Shown one piece after another: positions 17,727 to 27,153 of a DNA stretch of 31,547 nt. A program made the position numbers and the translations under genes. This DNA comes from a virus (taxonomy: Duplodnaviria > Caudoviricetes), in the IMG/VR virus record IMGVR_UViG_3300005758_000683, positions 1 through 31,547 of that record, one strand, 5' to 3'. The notes beneath the pieces are model-generated. The model saw nothing but the letters and a program-made list of their open reading frames with translations. It did no database searches and was not told the DNA's origin. How positions within the stretch are numbered: position 1 is the first letter of the stretch; every line of letters begins with the position of its first letter.

Positions 17727-18371
17727 TTATTTAGTTTTAGCAAACCACACCAAGGTTAGCCTGTCTTCTTGTATACCTGAATGAAAATTATTAGCGCCGT
17801 GCCATATTTGAGTATCAAAGGTAACAAGCCTATTATAGATGTTGTCTACTCTAACTGTTTCTTCAAATTGATCGTAATGGTTTGCCACTTTTTTATAAAA
17901 ATCCTCTACCAGCACACCTGATTTATATAAAGCATGTTTTTCCGCAACAGCCATATTTACTTTAGACTGGTCTACGTGTGGTTTTAATTGGAAAGTAGAC
18001 GTACCACATCGTTTGTGTATACCTGGTGTAAGATACACTACTCCTGAAAGATTTGGATTAAAACTGTTACCGTCGTAAGCATCTATGTGAACAAATCCAC
18101 GATTTAAAATACTACTAGGGTCGTCAGAAAATTTAGGAATTATGTGAAAATACGACGCCAAATCAACAGACCTGACTCCTACAAATCTTATTGGTACTAG
18201 TTTTTCTACAAAATATTTGGCAAAATCTGCGTTAATGCTTCTTAAAAGTTCTGTTCTTTTCCCAGGCCATTTACCTACTGGACACGGCTCGTATTCTTGT
18301 TGAAGAGCAAATCTTCTTATATCATCAGGATCTTCAAAGAAGTCGTCCTGAATAATTGTACTGTGTGTCAT
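17727..18371 (-). CDS. 2OG-Fe(II) oxygenase-like protein (DUF6445-like)
   Basis: IIQDDFFEDPDDIR, WPGKR, VHID (HxD), GVVYLTP, GT, YNRLVTFDTQIWHGA, RLTLVWF. Confidence 0.75.
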   Translation of the reverse strand: MTHSTIIQDDFFEDPDDIRRFALQQEYEPCPVGKWPGKRTELLRSINADFAKYFVEKLVPIRFVGVRSVDLASYFHIIPKFSDDPSSILNRGFVHIDAYDGNSFNPNLSGVVYLTPGIHKRCGTSTFQLKPHVDQSKVNMAVAEKHALYKSGVLVEDFYKKVANHYDQFEETVRVDNIYNRLVTFDTQIWHGANNFHSGIQEDRLTLVWFAKTK

Positions 18372-18383
18372 ATTGTATCAGAC

Positions 18384-18417
18384 AAAAAAGCCCGCAAAGC
18401 TACTGATTTGCGGGCTT
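18384..18417 (-). terminator. Rho-independent terminator after D11
   Basis: Minus strand AAGCCCGCAAA-loop-TTTGCGGGCTTTTTT. Confidence 0.85.
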
Positions 18418-18423
18418 GTGGAT

Positions 18424-19071
18424 TTAACCTAGGTCTTTTACAGCTTCACGTTCGGCTTCGTCACCACCTTCGGCTTCATCAGTTTCCTGATTTGTGGTAA
18501 TCTTTTCCAGCAGCGCGCGAACTTCGGCTTCCGTCGGACGAGGAAACTTCTCGTCAATAGACTTGGCTGCATCTGCCATTGCGCGCTCTTCTGCGGTCAG
18601 TGCGCGAGGCTTGCAACGAAGCACTTGCAGTGTGTATTCAACATTAAAGGCAAGCGGGCCAGTTTTAACACGCTTAAACACAACGTCCCAACCAGTGTCG
18701 TAGTCTGTTGGGTCACCCAGGTCTTCTGCAGCAGTTACAATCTGCTCGAATAACTTCTTTTTAAGATTGAGTGCTACAACTTTGTCAGACTTAGGGTCGA
18801 TACAGTTAACTGAGTAACTCCAGCTGCATTTTGCATCAGGAAAGAACTCAGGTACAGCATCTTTTTCTACGTTGTCAAACTTCTCTTTTTCGCGGCTAAA
18901 AGCAAGACACTCAACTGGAATGTCTTTGTTGTTGCTTCCCTTGAGCCAGTAGATATACCGTGGTAGAAGTCCACCTACTAGGCGAACGACATTTTCGCCG
19001 TCTTTGTACTCGTAGGATTCAACTTTGTTGCTTTGTGCTTTGCCTTTGGTTTGTTTAAAGCTAAGTGCCAT
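18424..19071 (-). CDS. D11: ssDNA-binding protein (T5 D11-like)
   Basis: Synteny D10-orf-D11-D12. GENVVRLVGGLLPRYIYW, DLGDPTDYDTGWDVVFKR, acidic C-terminal tail. Confidence 0.8.
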   Translation of the reverse strand: MALSFKQTKGKAQSNKVESYEYKDGENVVRLVGGLLPRYIYWLKGSNNKDIPVECLAFSREKEKFDNVEKDAVPEFFPDAKCSWSYSVNCIDPKSDKVVALNLKKKLFEQIVTAAEDLGDPTDYDTGWDVVFKRVKTGPLAFNVEYTLQVLRCKPRALTAEERAMADAAKSIDEKFPRPTEAEVRALLEKITTNQETDEAEGGDEAEREAVKDLG

Positions 19072-19075
19072 TTTT

Positions 19076-19459
19076 TTAAATTTCCTCGTATTTGAAGTGT
19101 ATTTTGTTGTCAGTAATAGTTAACAGCGGATTTGTTTTGATTGCGTCTAGATTAATGTCAGTGTAGTAACTAAGGTCAAGGTGTTTGGTTTTGTAATACT
19201 TGTACTGAAAGTAATCTCGGCGACCCGCTAATCTAATGTATTGTGCTTTATAAGCTACATCTGTGGTTTTGTCGCTAAACAATGGAGCTGGGTTTAGTAA
19301 GTAATTGTTTCCCGATAGGTTTAAAAGTGGCTTCACTTTACTGTAACGATTTTTAGGGAATATTTTCTTGTTAAACCACAGTTCTAATGTTGTAACTAAT
19401 TTTTGTGGGTCACATTGTGTGCTTTGCTCAAGAGTGTAAAGGTCAAATAACAAAGCCAT
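19076..19459 (-). CDS. Hypothetical protein (T5-like, between D10 and D11)
   Basis: Fills the gap between D10 and D11 and is preceded by a promoter. Confidence 0.7.
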   Translation of the reverse strand: MALLFDLYTLEQSTQCDPQKLVTTLELWFNKKIFPKNRYSKVKPLLNLSGNNYLLNPAPLFSDKTTDVAYKAQYIRLAGRRDYFQYKYYKTKHLDLSYYTDINLDAIKTNPLLTITDNKIHFKYEEI

Positions 19460-19478
19460 AATTGCGAACTCAGACTAT

Positions 19479-19507
19479 ATTATATCATAAAGGCAATGTG
19501 CTGACAA
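19479..19507 (-). promoter_or_regulatory. sigma70-type promoter
   Basis: TTGTCA-17 bp-TATAAT, A-tract upstream. Confidence 0.85.
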
Positions 19508-19517
19508 GTGAAGATTT

Positions 19518-20813
19518 TTACATCGACACCACTTGCCAGCCTTTGCGTAGGTAGAAGCCAAGGCGATCATTGTTTTGCTTACGATCAGCGTGTCCAGCAA
19601 ATTGAATGTCTACTACTACCGGCTGCCGTTTACCCTCATACTGACGCTGAACGCGTCCAACAAGCTGTTCTAGCAAGCTGTCGTTGGAGATGGGAACGGC
19701 AAGAATAAGGCAGGATAAGACGTTGATGGAAATACCCTCCGAGAAGATTTGTCGCGATCCACAGATTGCCCGTTTAGCCCCACTAAGCAGCTGCTCTTTT
19801 GCAGCTTGTCGTTGGGCATAGTCGGTTTCGCCAGTAACCAGCAAACATTCATCACCAATATATTCCTGTACTTTTTGTAAAAATTCTACTCGGTCTGCTA
19901 CTACTAAGACGCTGTGACCAACTTCCATTTGCATCAGCGCAATGCTGGCAATGTATCGCTGGTACAGGTCGTCTTGTGTTAGCTCGTTGATCTTTTCCAC
20001 CCACGTTGCGCCGGGTTTTAGTATCCAGCCACTTTTAACAGCGTGTACAACCGGTATCATGGTATTAGCCAGTGCTGGCTTTAGTACATGGTCGCCAAAG
20101 TAGTCACGAAACACCACGTGCTTTTGATCTTTGCGGATCATTGTACCGCTTAATGCAATTCTGTATCGTGCATGAAACGCGTCGATGGTTTGTGCAAATG
20201 TACTAGCAGGGCAGTGGTGTGCTTCGTCCAAGATAACGGTGCCAAACTCTTTAGCTAGCTCACTCACATTCTTGCTGAGAGTTTGTATATTTGCCACTGT
20301 GATAAAGTGATCTTCGTGGTCAAATTGTCCACTGCCAATAATACCTGGCTTGCACCCAAATAACACTTCAACTTCTTCACACCACTGGTCACGTAGTGCG
20401 GTGGTGTGTGTGACAACAAGAGTTTTTTGTCCGAACTTGTGGGCGAGGTGTAGTGCTGTAAATGTCTTACCCCATCCTACTAGTGCGTTAATAAAGCACG
20501 TATCGTGGACTTGATCGTACACTTCACGCTGGTCATCGCGTAGTGGAAATAGTGGGTTGGGAAAAGGCACTGGTACCGTTACGCGTTTATCTACTACTTC
20601 ATAGTTGTCTGGGATAAGGTCTTGGCGACCTTGTGGTATGCTCAAGATACCTTTTACCAGCGACTTGTAGTTACGTATAGTTTCAATACTCTGAAACTTT
20701 TTATTACCAGTGTCTTTTTTGATTTTGTAAGTGAGTTCGTTAATTATCTTTTTTGTGTGCTCTACACCGGGGTTATCTAGGTAAATCCGGTTAGATATAA
20801 TTGCTTTCGGCAT
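19518..20813 (-). CDS. D10: SF2 DNA helicase (T5 D10 / UvsW-like)
   Basis: GWGKT, DEAHH, LSGT, SEGISI, EQLVGRVQR. Confidence 0.92.
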   Translation of the reverse strand: MPKAIISNRIYLDNPGVEHTKKIINELTYKIKKDTGNKKFQSIETIRNYKSLVKGILSIPQGRQDLIPDNYEVVDKRVTVPVPFPNPLFPLRDDQREVYDQVHDTCFINALVGWGKTFTALHLAHKFGQKTLVVTHTTALRDQWCEEVEVLFGCKPGIIGSGQFDHEDHFITVANIQTLSKNVSELAKEFGTVILDEAHHCPASTFAQTIDAFHARYRIALSGTMIRKDQKHVVFRDYFGDHVLKPALANTMIPVVHAVKSGWILKPGATWVEKINELTQDDLYQRYIASIALMQMEVGHSVLVVADRVEFLQKVQEYIGDECLLVTGETDYAQRQAAKEQLLSGAKRAICGSRQIFSEGISINVLSCLILAVPISNDSLLEQLVGRVQRQYEGKRQPVVVDIQFAGHADRKQNNDRLGFYLRKGWQVVSM

Positions 20814-21352
20814 TACACTAGCCTCCAGGTGGGTTTCAGTGGTGTGGTGGAGAATCCGTATAATAGTGTTACCATACCAAAATTGAGTAAGGCTGCATAC
20901 TGTTCTTCCGGTTTAGGGTGTGCAATAGACTTGAATCGCGTAACCAGACCTTCAACCTGCAACACACACCCTAGACCCGTCGCAGGTAACACTTGTGTGA
21001 TCTTGTGCGTTGTTAGTTTGGCGCGTGTGGATTTTTTGTGCTGAAACACCTGGCCGCTGCTGTCGATCCACCACGTAGTACTTTTTGCTAGTTTTACAAG
21101 GTCTGCTAGGAAGTACACGGCTGTACGTAGGGGAAATACTGCTGCACCGTCCATCTTTAGTTGCAGCCTACGCCTACCAAGTGTGTGGCCTGGTAGGTTG
21201 TGGTCGTCTACAATGCGTAGGGTGTGAGACAGCACAAGTTCCGAGTCTGTGTCTTGTTCATACTCGGAACTGTAGTACACAACACCATCACGTTGCTGTG
21301 GTTGTTTCTCACCCAGCCTGAACACGGGCCAGTTGATTGTTTGTAATTCCAT
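20813..21352 (-). CDS. Hypothetical protein (T5-like, between polymerase and D10)
   Basis: TAATG overlaps at both ends; same syntenic slot as in T5. Confidence 0.7.
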   Translation of the reverse strand: MELQTINWPVFRLGEKQPQQRDGVVYYSSEYEQDTDSELVLSHTLRIVDDHNLPGHTLGRRRLQLKMDGAAVFPLRTAVYFLADLVKLAKSTTWWIDSSGQVFQHKKSTRAKLTTHKITQVLPATGLGCVLQVEGLVTRFKSIAHPKPEEQYAALLNFGMVTLLYGFSTTPLKPTWRLV

Positions 21353-21999
21353 TACCTTTTAGCTCTATTATTATTTACTATTAAATCTACGTATTTTTCG
21401 TATTTTCTTGGTAAATAAACTGTGGCACCATTATATATCCAGTTTAAAAAACTAGTAGAGTCTTTTACGCCAAATTGAATATGCCAACAGTTAGCAGCTT
21501 TTTTCTGAATGGAACCGCCCACTACTATACTTTCAGATATTAAGAGTTGAAGTACCTCTTGTAAAAATACTAAACTACCACTTGTTAAAAATACTCTAAA
21601 AGTTGCTTTTGGCCTGTTATTAAAAAACGTAGTAATACACCCATCACCATCAAAAAACCCGCGTAAATAATGCTGATAATTGTCTAAGTTAGGCAATAGT
21701 GGGAGTATTAAGTTATGCGTTTTATCTACAGATACAGCATATTTATAATACAGATCACTAGTAATTATTGGGGAGCAAAACCCTACTTTGTACGAGTCTT
21801 TTTTATCATTATGTGATACTAAGTGCTCGGATTTGCAAAATTGTTTAAATCTAAAAACGTGGTCTTTATCTTTAGCTGCTAGTTCTACTCTTACTGTATT
21901 GTCTTTTCCTATACAACCATCGGCAGCCAGGAATCCGGCCCAATAGCAAGATTCCTGGGTATACTCTTTAAAAGCTGTCTCGTCAATTTCTTTTTTCAT
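21352..21999 (-). CDS. Double-motif LAGLIDADG homing endonuclease
   Basis: YWAGFLAADGCI and YLRGFFDGDGCI motifs, C-terminal YLPRKY. AT-rich, with its own promoter. Confidence 0.88.
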   Translation of the reverse strand: MKKEIDETAFKEYTQESCYWAGFLAADGCIGKDNTVRVELAAKDKDHVFRFKQFCKSEHLVSHNDKKDSYKVGFCSPIITSDLYYKYAVSVDKTHNLILPLLPNLDNYQHYLRGFFDGDGCITTFFNNRPKATFRVFLTSGSLVFLQEVLQLLISESIVVGGSIQKKAANCWHIQFGVKDSTSFLNWIYNGATVYLPRKYEKYVDLIVNNNRAKR

Positions 22000-22023
22000 A
22001 TTACGCTCCGTTGCATATTACAT

Positions 22024-22052
22024 ATTATACTATGCGTAATACAAAATTGCAA
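22024..22052 (-). promoter_or_regulatory. sigma70-type promoter within inverted repeats
   Basis: TTGCAA-17 bp-TATAAT, AAAAATTTTT upstream, GGAG RBS downstream. Confidence 0.82.
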
Positions 22053-22063
22053 GCTAAAAATTT

Positions 22064-24343
22064 TTATACCTTTATAAGGCTGCCTTCTGCTAATGTGTAT
22101 ACTTCTTCAAAGTGGCCAAAAGAATAATCATCACCAATATCCTGATCTACTCCAATAGGAGTGCCAGGAATAGAGCAACCTCTGTCCTTTTGAGTATTGC
22201 GTTTAAGTAATTCACAGTACTCTTGAACATGCTCATCTTTTACCAACGCCACGATAGAGTCGTGAACTAGCATAAATATTTTTGCGTCTAAACCTCGTGA
22301 CTTTACCTCGGCAGCAGTGTCCATAGCTCCCAGTAGGTTCATGTCGCTTGCAAGTGATTGTACCTCGGCATTAATACCACTTCGTACTTCGTGTGCCGCA
22401 ATACCTTTATCTTGGCTGAATACATTTGGCAGCCTACGTTTACGACCAAAGAAGCTGTAAGTATATCCATTTGCCTCAATAAACGCCTTGCGATTATCTA
22501 ACCATTGCTTTAGTTTATTGAACTTTGTAAAATACTGTTTAATATCATCCCTCGCCTGTTCTACTGGATAGCTCTCGCCAGTTGCTTTAGTAACGGTTTG
22601 CGAAACTTTATTTGCTCCGCTACCATACAAGATGCCGAATGAAATGGCTTTAGCACTTTGACGCATCGAAGGGTATAGTTTCTTTACATCTTCGACCGGG
22701 CAAGGTAAATTAAACACCATTTTAGCGATTGTCGAGTGAAAGTCACCACCACTGGAGAAGACTTGCTGCAGGTTTTTGTCGCCCGACAACACAGCAGCAT
22801 AGAACATCTCGGCGGTGGTCAAGTCTTGCGAAACAATTTTGTAACCTGGTGGAGCTTTGATGCAACCCTTGATAATAGGATCGTCCCGAGGAATTTGCTG
22901 AGCGTTAAACTTGCCACTACTAGAAAGACGGCCGCTAGTGGTAAAAGTAAGATTAAAATTGGTACGAATTCTACTATCTCGATCAAGCTCCGGTAGAATT
23001 TTTTGGATATATGTATTCTGAATCTTGCCAAGTTGTCGAACCTTTAAGATTGCCTTAGGCAGAGGATGTTCTTCTGATAACTGTTCCAGCACTTCAGCAT
23101 CGGTAGAGATAGCACCAGTGGCAGTTTTCTTGCCGGTGGGATTTAGGCCCAAGTAATCAAACAGCACAACCCGAAGTTGCATCACACTGTTGGGATTAAA
23201 AATCTTGCCAGTGTCCTGCTCAAACCGTTTGACTGCTTCGTAGCCATACAGTGCCTCTTTAGCGGCTTGAATCTCACGATCCAGGTACAAGTTAGCAGCT
23301 TCCATGCGCTCACAGCTAATGGGGATGCCAACTTCTTCCATGTCCATTAGGAATAGGGTACCTGGAATTAAGATTTCTTCGTAAACCTTACGCAGCTTGT
23401 CATTCTTTTGTACAATGGGCCAAAACTTCTGGAAAAGGTCGTATGTAACGGCTGTGTCAATCGCAGCGTAACGGCTAATAACATCGAACGGAATAAGGTC
23501 ATAGGTAAAGTCGTCTTGCAAGATACCGTGTTTAGCACAGTAGTCCTTTTTGAAGTCATCTAGTTCACTGTCGTAGTCGCCATAGTCTGTGTACTTCAGC
23601 GCAAGCTGTTTTAGGCCATGCGAATCAGCTTCGTCTAGCACATAGTGCATAACCATTGTATCATGTACGCGCTTACGATCAAAGTCTAAGCCAAGATGGT
23701 ATTTAATCATCTTGTAGTCAAACTTCATATTATGGAATACAATGGAGTATTCCTTAATAATTTTGCGAAGCAAATCCAAACATACATCGTCAAGACAATC
23801 AGTCAAGATATATCGGCCATGCTTAGATTTGTAACTCATGGATAGTCCTAGAACATATCCGTCGCGAGGATACAGAGCTGTTGTTTCCGTATCTAGTGCC
23901 ACATAGCCTTGAGCATTTTCTAATACTTCGCGAAAGAAGCGCTTTGCCTCATTAGTATCATCAATACCCTTATAATCGCCTTCACTAGCAGGCTTAAGAG
24001 TACCAGCAATGTACTTGTGGATCTTATCCACTGCCCGCTGAAAATCAGGCTTACCTTCTGGCTTAAAAGCTAACATAGCCGGATTGCTGATAGGAATAAA
24101 CTTATCATCCACCAACTGCCCGGCATAGTTAGTAACGCTAGTAATTTTTGCGTATTCCTTGGCTGCTTCAGCACCTACTAGGATCACGAAATCGTAAGGT
24201 TCGAGATCTACTTCAAGATCAACGTCTTTTTTCAACAGCTTGGTAATTGGCTTCGAACTCATGTGGTAGTGATGAAATTCAAAATTAAAGTAATCACTAT
24301 AACGAGTTCTATTAGGGGCTTTGTCAATTACTGCAATTTTCAT
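22064..24343 (-). CDS. pol: Family A DNA polymerase with 3'-5' exonuclease (T5-type)
   Basis: Exo I LDTETT, Exo II HNMKFD, Exo III YAAID, TSGRLSS, motif A QDLTTAE, motif B RQSAKAISFGILYG, motif C LVHDSI. Confidence 0.96.
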   Translation of the reverse strand: MKIAVIDKAPNRTRYSDYFNFEFHHYHMSSKPITKLLKKDVDLEVDLEPYDFVILVGAEAAKEYAKITSVTNYAGQLVDDKFIPISNPAMLAFKPEGKPDFQRAVDKIHKYIAGTLKPASEGDYKGIDDTNEAKRFFREVLENAQGYVALDTETTALYPRDGYVLGLSMSYKSKHGRYILTDCLDDVCLDLLRKIIKEYSIVFHNMKFDYKMIKYHLGLDFDRKRVHDTMVMHYVLDEADSHGLKQLALKYTDYGDYDSELDDFKKDYCAKHGILQDDFTYDLIPFDVISRYAAIDTAVTYDLFQKFWPIVQKNDKLRKVYEEILIPGTLFLMDMEEVGIPISCERMEAANLYLDREIQAAKEALYGYEAVKRFEQDTGKIFNPNSVMQLRVVLFDYLGLNPTGKKTATGAISTDAEVLEQLSEEHPLPKAILKVRQLGKIQNTYIQKILPELDRDSRIRTNFNLTFTTSGRLSSSGKFNAQQIPRDDPIIKGCIKAPPGYKIVSQDLTTAEMFYAAVLSGDKNLQQVFSSGGDFHSTIAKMVFNLPCPVEDVKKLYPSMRQSAKAISFGILYGSGANKVSQTVTKATGESYPVEQARDDIKQYFTKFNKLKQWLDNRKAFIEANGYTYSFFGRKRRLPNVFSQDKGIAAHEVRSGINAEVQSLASDMNLLGAMDTAAEVKSRGLDAKIFMLVHDSIVALVKDEHVQEYCELLKRNTQKDRGCSIPGTPIGVDQDIGDDYSFGHFEEVYTLAEGSLIKV

Positions 24344-24365
24344 ATTTGATTCCTTGTGATACTTT

Positions 24366-24394
24366 ATTATAGCGTATCTTGGCTAGTAATTCAA
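24366..24394 (-). promoter_or_regulatory. sigma70-type promoter for pol
   Basis: TTGAAT-17 bp-TATAAT, AAGGA RBS downstream. Confidence 0.82.
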
Positions 24395-24396
24395 GT

Positions 24397-25251
24397 TTAT
24401 TTTGTGACGTACTCTGCAATGCCGCGAACATCTTCCACATCCAGTTCACCTGGGTCTACACCATCCGGCAAGTTTACCACTTCAACCACAAAGCCTTCAG
24501 CTTCGAGCAAAGGTTTAAGAACTTGCGACGCCTTTCGTCCGGCGTCGTCACCATCAAATAGCAAGTATATATGTGTGATGCCCTGCGCCTTAAACGGAAG
24601 TAGCTTGCTTTTAGTATCATTTTGCAGTGTATTAGTGCCAAACGCACATACAACATTTTCGCATCCTTTGTCGTATAGGTTTAGCATGTCGAAAATGCCT
24701 TCAACTAATACCATCGACGAATAGCCGCTTGGCAGGTGTGCTGGAAATAGCGGCATCCGGACACCACTAGGGTAGTTTACGTATCGTGGGTTGCCATGCG
24801 ACAGTGTGTGACGTGCAACATACACTACCGTTTTCTTGCGAATGTCTTGGACCGGAAACACAATCCTGTCTTGTAGCTTTTCCACACTATTGGTATAAAA
24901 TGCACCAAAGTGTTTAAGTGTTGCTGGGCTGATACCGCGAAATGTTTTAGTCCACGGTGTGTGCCCGGGTGGTGGCTCCAGACCATCGCCAGCAGTTTTT
25001 AACTCGGCTAGCTTTTCCTTCAGCGCCGCAATCTTAACCGGCACTGGGTTGGTAAACACACCGTAGAACTTAAACAGATTGGTTTTAAATCCACACGCAA
25101 AACAGTGTGCAACACCCGACACCTTGTCTACACGGAATGACGGATTCGAATCCTCATGCTCCGGATTTAGGCACTGTATCAGGTAGTCACGACCCGATAC
25201 ACTGTATGCCAGGCCGTGTTTTTGTAGGAGGTCTAGTACTGGATCGCTCAT
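24397..25251 (-). CDS. DNA primase (Zn-binding + TOPRIM)
   Basis: CLNPEHEDSNPS...CFACG; VEGIFD; FDGDDAG; DPGEL. Confidence 0.93.
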   Translation of the reverse strand: MSDPVLDLLQKHGLAYSVSGRDYLIQCLNPEHEDSNPSFRVDKVSGVAHCFACGFKTNLFKFYGVFTNPVPVKIAALKEKLAELKTAGDGLEPPPGHTPWTKTFRGISPATLKHFGAFYTNSVEKLQDRIVFPVQDIRKKTVVYVARHTLSHGNPRYVNYPSGVRMPLFPAHLPSGYSSMVLVEGIFDMLNLYDKGCENVVCAFGTNTLQNDTKSKLLPFKAQGITHIYLLFDGDDAGRKASQVLKPLLEAEGFVVEVVNLPDGVDPGELDVEDVRGIAEYVTK

Positions 25252-25445
25252 ATAGTATCTCCACGTTTATGTGCTTTCCATACTTCAATTGCTTCTTTAA
25301 GCTGCTCACACTGCTCAAGACGAATATCGTCCATAATACTCATACCCAAGAACTCACTACGCATATTACGCATGGTGAGTTCCATTAGATTATCATGATG
25401 TTTTTGTAGTGTGTCTATCACTACGTCGTAACTTGAGTGTTCCAT
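25248..25445 (-). CDS. Small hypothetical protein
   Basis: Tightly packed between helicase and primase (1-nt gap; ATGA overlap). Confidence 0.6.
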   Translation of the reverse strand: MEHSSYDVVIDTLQKHHDNLMELTMRNMRSEFLGMSIMDDIRLEQCEQLKEAIEVWKAHKRGDTI

Positions 25446-25446
25446 A

Positions 25447-26838
25447 TTAGTTCCACGGCAGGTCTGCGCCGCTATCGTCTTGTTTTAGTTCTGCCTGTTG
25501 TGCTTCTTTTTTGCCTGCGCGTTTAACAGCTTCTTTAGCGGCTGGTTTATCCACAGACTGTGGGCTGATGCGTAAGGTATCCCAATCAATTGGGCAAGTG
25601 AATGCCATTTCCTTACCGCCGCGAATCTTCGTCGTCTCGAAGCTGACGGCGTTGGTTTCCTTATCATGGGCTTCCATAACAAGGGCAATGTCGGCCGCGT
25701 CAAGGATACCCTTTGCGAAACGAGCTTCCCCATCTTTGTCAATCTGATACGGCGATACCATGACCACTTCGTACTTACGGGCCAGATTTTTGAGCTTTTT
25801 GGAGACTTCGATCTGTGGTTTCCAGTCATATTGATCCGCACCTTCGAGAACAATTTGGTTAATGTAGTCAACAACCACGACTTTTAGCTTGTCACCAAAC
25901 TTTGCTTTGGCTTTGCCAATGTGCAAGTCGATGCTGCTTAGGGTCAAGTCACGGTCGTCAACAATAATCATTTGATTATCTGCTTTTAGCTGGTGGTGTC
26001 GTACAAGTTGTTCTTCAAATTTATAGCGATCACGGTGTCGCATGAAGTCTAGCACAGTTTGGTCTGCGTCTTGAAACATACCAGCACGTGCTTTAACAAC
26101 TTTTAAGACTTCTTCGTCAGTTAATTTGTTTTGTTTTAGGTTTTGTAAGCTAACACCAGCAAGAATCGAAAGATTACGTTGCATGGTCTCGAACGCAGTC
26201 ATTTCAATACTAAAATACAGACTACTATTACCAGACTCATATTGATTAACAAAAATGTTGCTACTAGTAATAGATTTACCAGAACCCCGTTTACCCCCAA
26301 TGAGTATGAGTTCCTGGCGAGCAACCCCACCAAGAACAGCATCAAAAGTATTGTTAAGGCCAAGATAAACACGTTCTTTTTCCATGTCGTCAGGATGCTG
26401 AAACATCATCATATCAGCCATCGTGAAGACTTTTTCCGACGTATGAGTCTTTTCTTCGATTGTTAGTGCAAGGTTAGCTAAGTTATCTTTTATTTCGTTT
26501 GAATCGTAAAGCGGTAGTTTGTCTACAAATTTGTCTAGTAATTTTACCGTTTCATTTTGAGTATACTGGTCGATTAACGCATCTAGTGCTACTTCTGCTG
26601 AAACGTCAGGAACCTCGGTTAACCGGAGAGTTGCTAACGTCTTAGACGCTGGTCCCTCCCTTAAGGTTAGTTCGAGTTCATCAAACGACGGTACTGCACT
26701 GTACTTTTCATAGTACTTGTTGATTGCACCGTAAAGGGAAGAGTACGCAGGGTCTAAAAATACCAACTTGAGCTTGGCCCAGATTTCTAGATTCTGCTCT
26801 GTTAGTAATTTATTTAAGACTACTGCTGATGTATCCAA
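25447..26838 (-). CDS. DnaB-like replicative helicase (T5 D6-like)
   Basis: GGKRGSGKS Walker A, FSIEM, VVVDYIN, SPYQ, ILDAAD, KIR. TTG start with AGGA RBS. Confidence 0.9.
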   Translation of the reverse strand: MDTSAVVLNKLLTEQNLEIWAKLKLVFLDPAYSSLYGAINKYYEKYSAVPSFDELELTLREGPASKTLATLRLTEVPDVSAEVALDALIDQYTQNETVKLLDKFVDKLPLYDSNEIKDNLANLALTIEEKTHTSEKVFTMADMMMFQHPDDMEKERVYLGLNNTFDAVLGGVARQELILIGGKRGSGKSITSSNIFVNQYESGNSSLYFSIEMTAFETMQRNLSILAGVSLQNLKQNKLTDEEVLKVVKARAGMFQDADQTVLDFMRHRDRYKFEEQLVRHHQLKADNQMIIVDDRDLTLSSIDLHIGKAKAKFGDKLKVVVVDYINQIVLEGADQYDWKPQIEVSKKLKNLARKYEVVMVSPYQIDKDGEARFAKGILDAADIALVMEAHDKETNAVSFETTKIRGGKEMAFTCPIDWDTLRISPQSVDKPAAKEAVKRAGKKEAQQAELKQDDSGADLPWN

Positions 26839-26841
26839 GGC

Positions 26842-27153
26842 TTATCCTACTTTAGATTCATTGTCAATGATAACTTGGTCAATAATTTCCGTTACTTTGT
26901 AAAGAACTTGTTCACGCAACTTTTTCAAGTCTTGCTGATACGCTGCATCTTTGTCGTATAGCAGGCTAAGCTGTTCGTGTGTAATAAGCTGTTGTAGCCC
27001 AAAGTAGATGTGATCGTATGCCATTGTTGATTCAGGCATAATCTCTACTTGTGCTGCTCGGCCGTAGTTGTGTACAGCCTGTTTTACAACTTCTTCTACC
27101 GTAAAGGAGTCGTTATCGTGGTATGTAATAGTTACTTTCATGCGAGTGTCCAA
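26842..27153 (-). CDS. Hypothetical protein
   Basis: ORF between the endonuclease and the helicase. Start uncertain (TTG 27153 or ATG 27138). Confidence 0.6.
   Translation of the reverse strand: MDTRMKVTITYHDNDSFTVEEVVKQAVHNYGRAAQVEIMPESTMAYDHIYFGLQQLITHEQLSLLYDKDAAYQQDLKKLREQVLYKVTEIIDQVIIDNESKVG

Noticed and set aside
9079-26838. Inteins in RNR, polymerase or helicases
   Set aside because: Lengths are ordinary and motifs are contiguous; no intein splice-junction motifs were seen.
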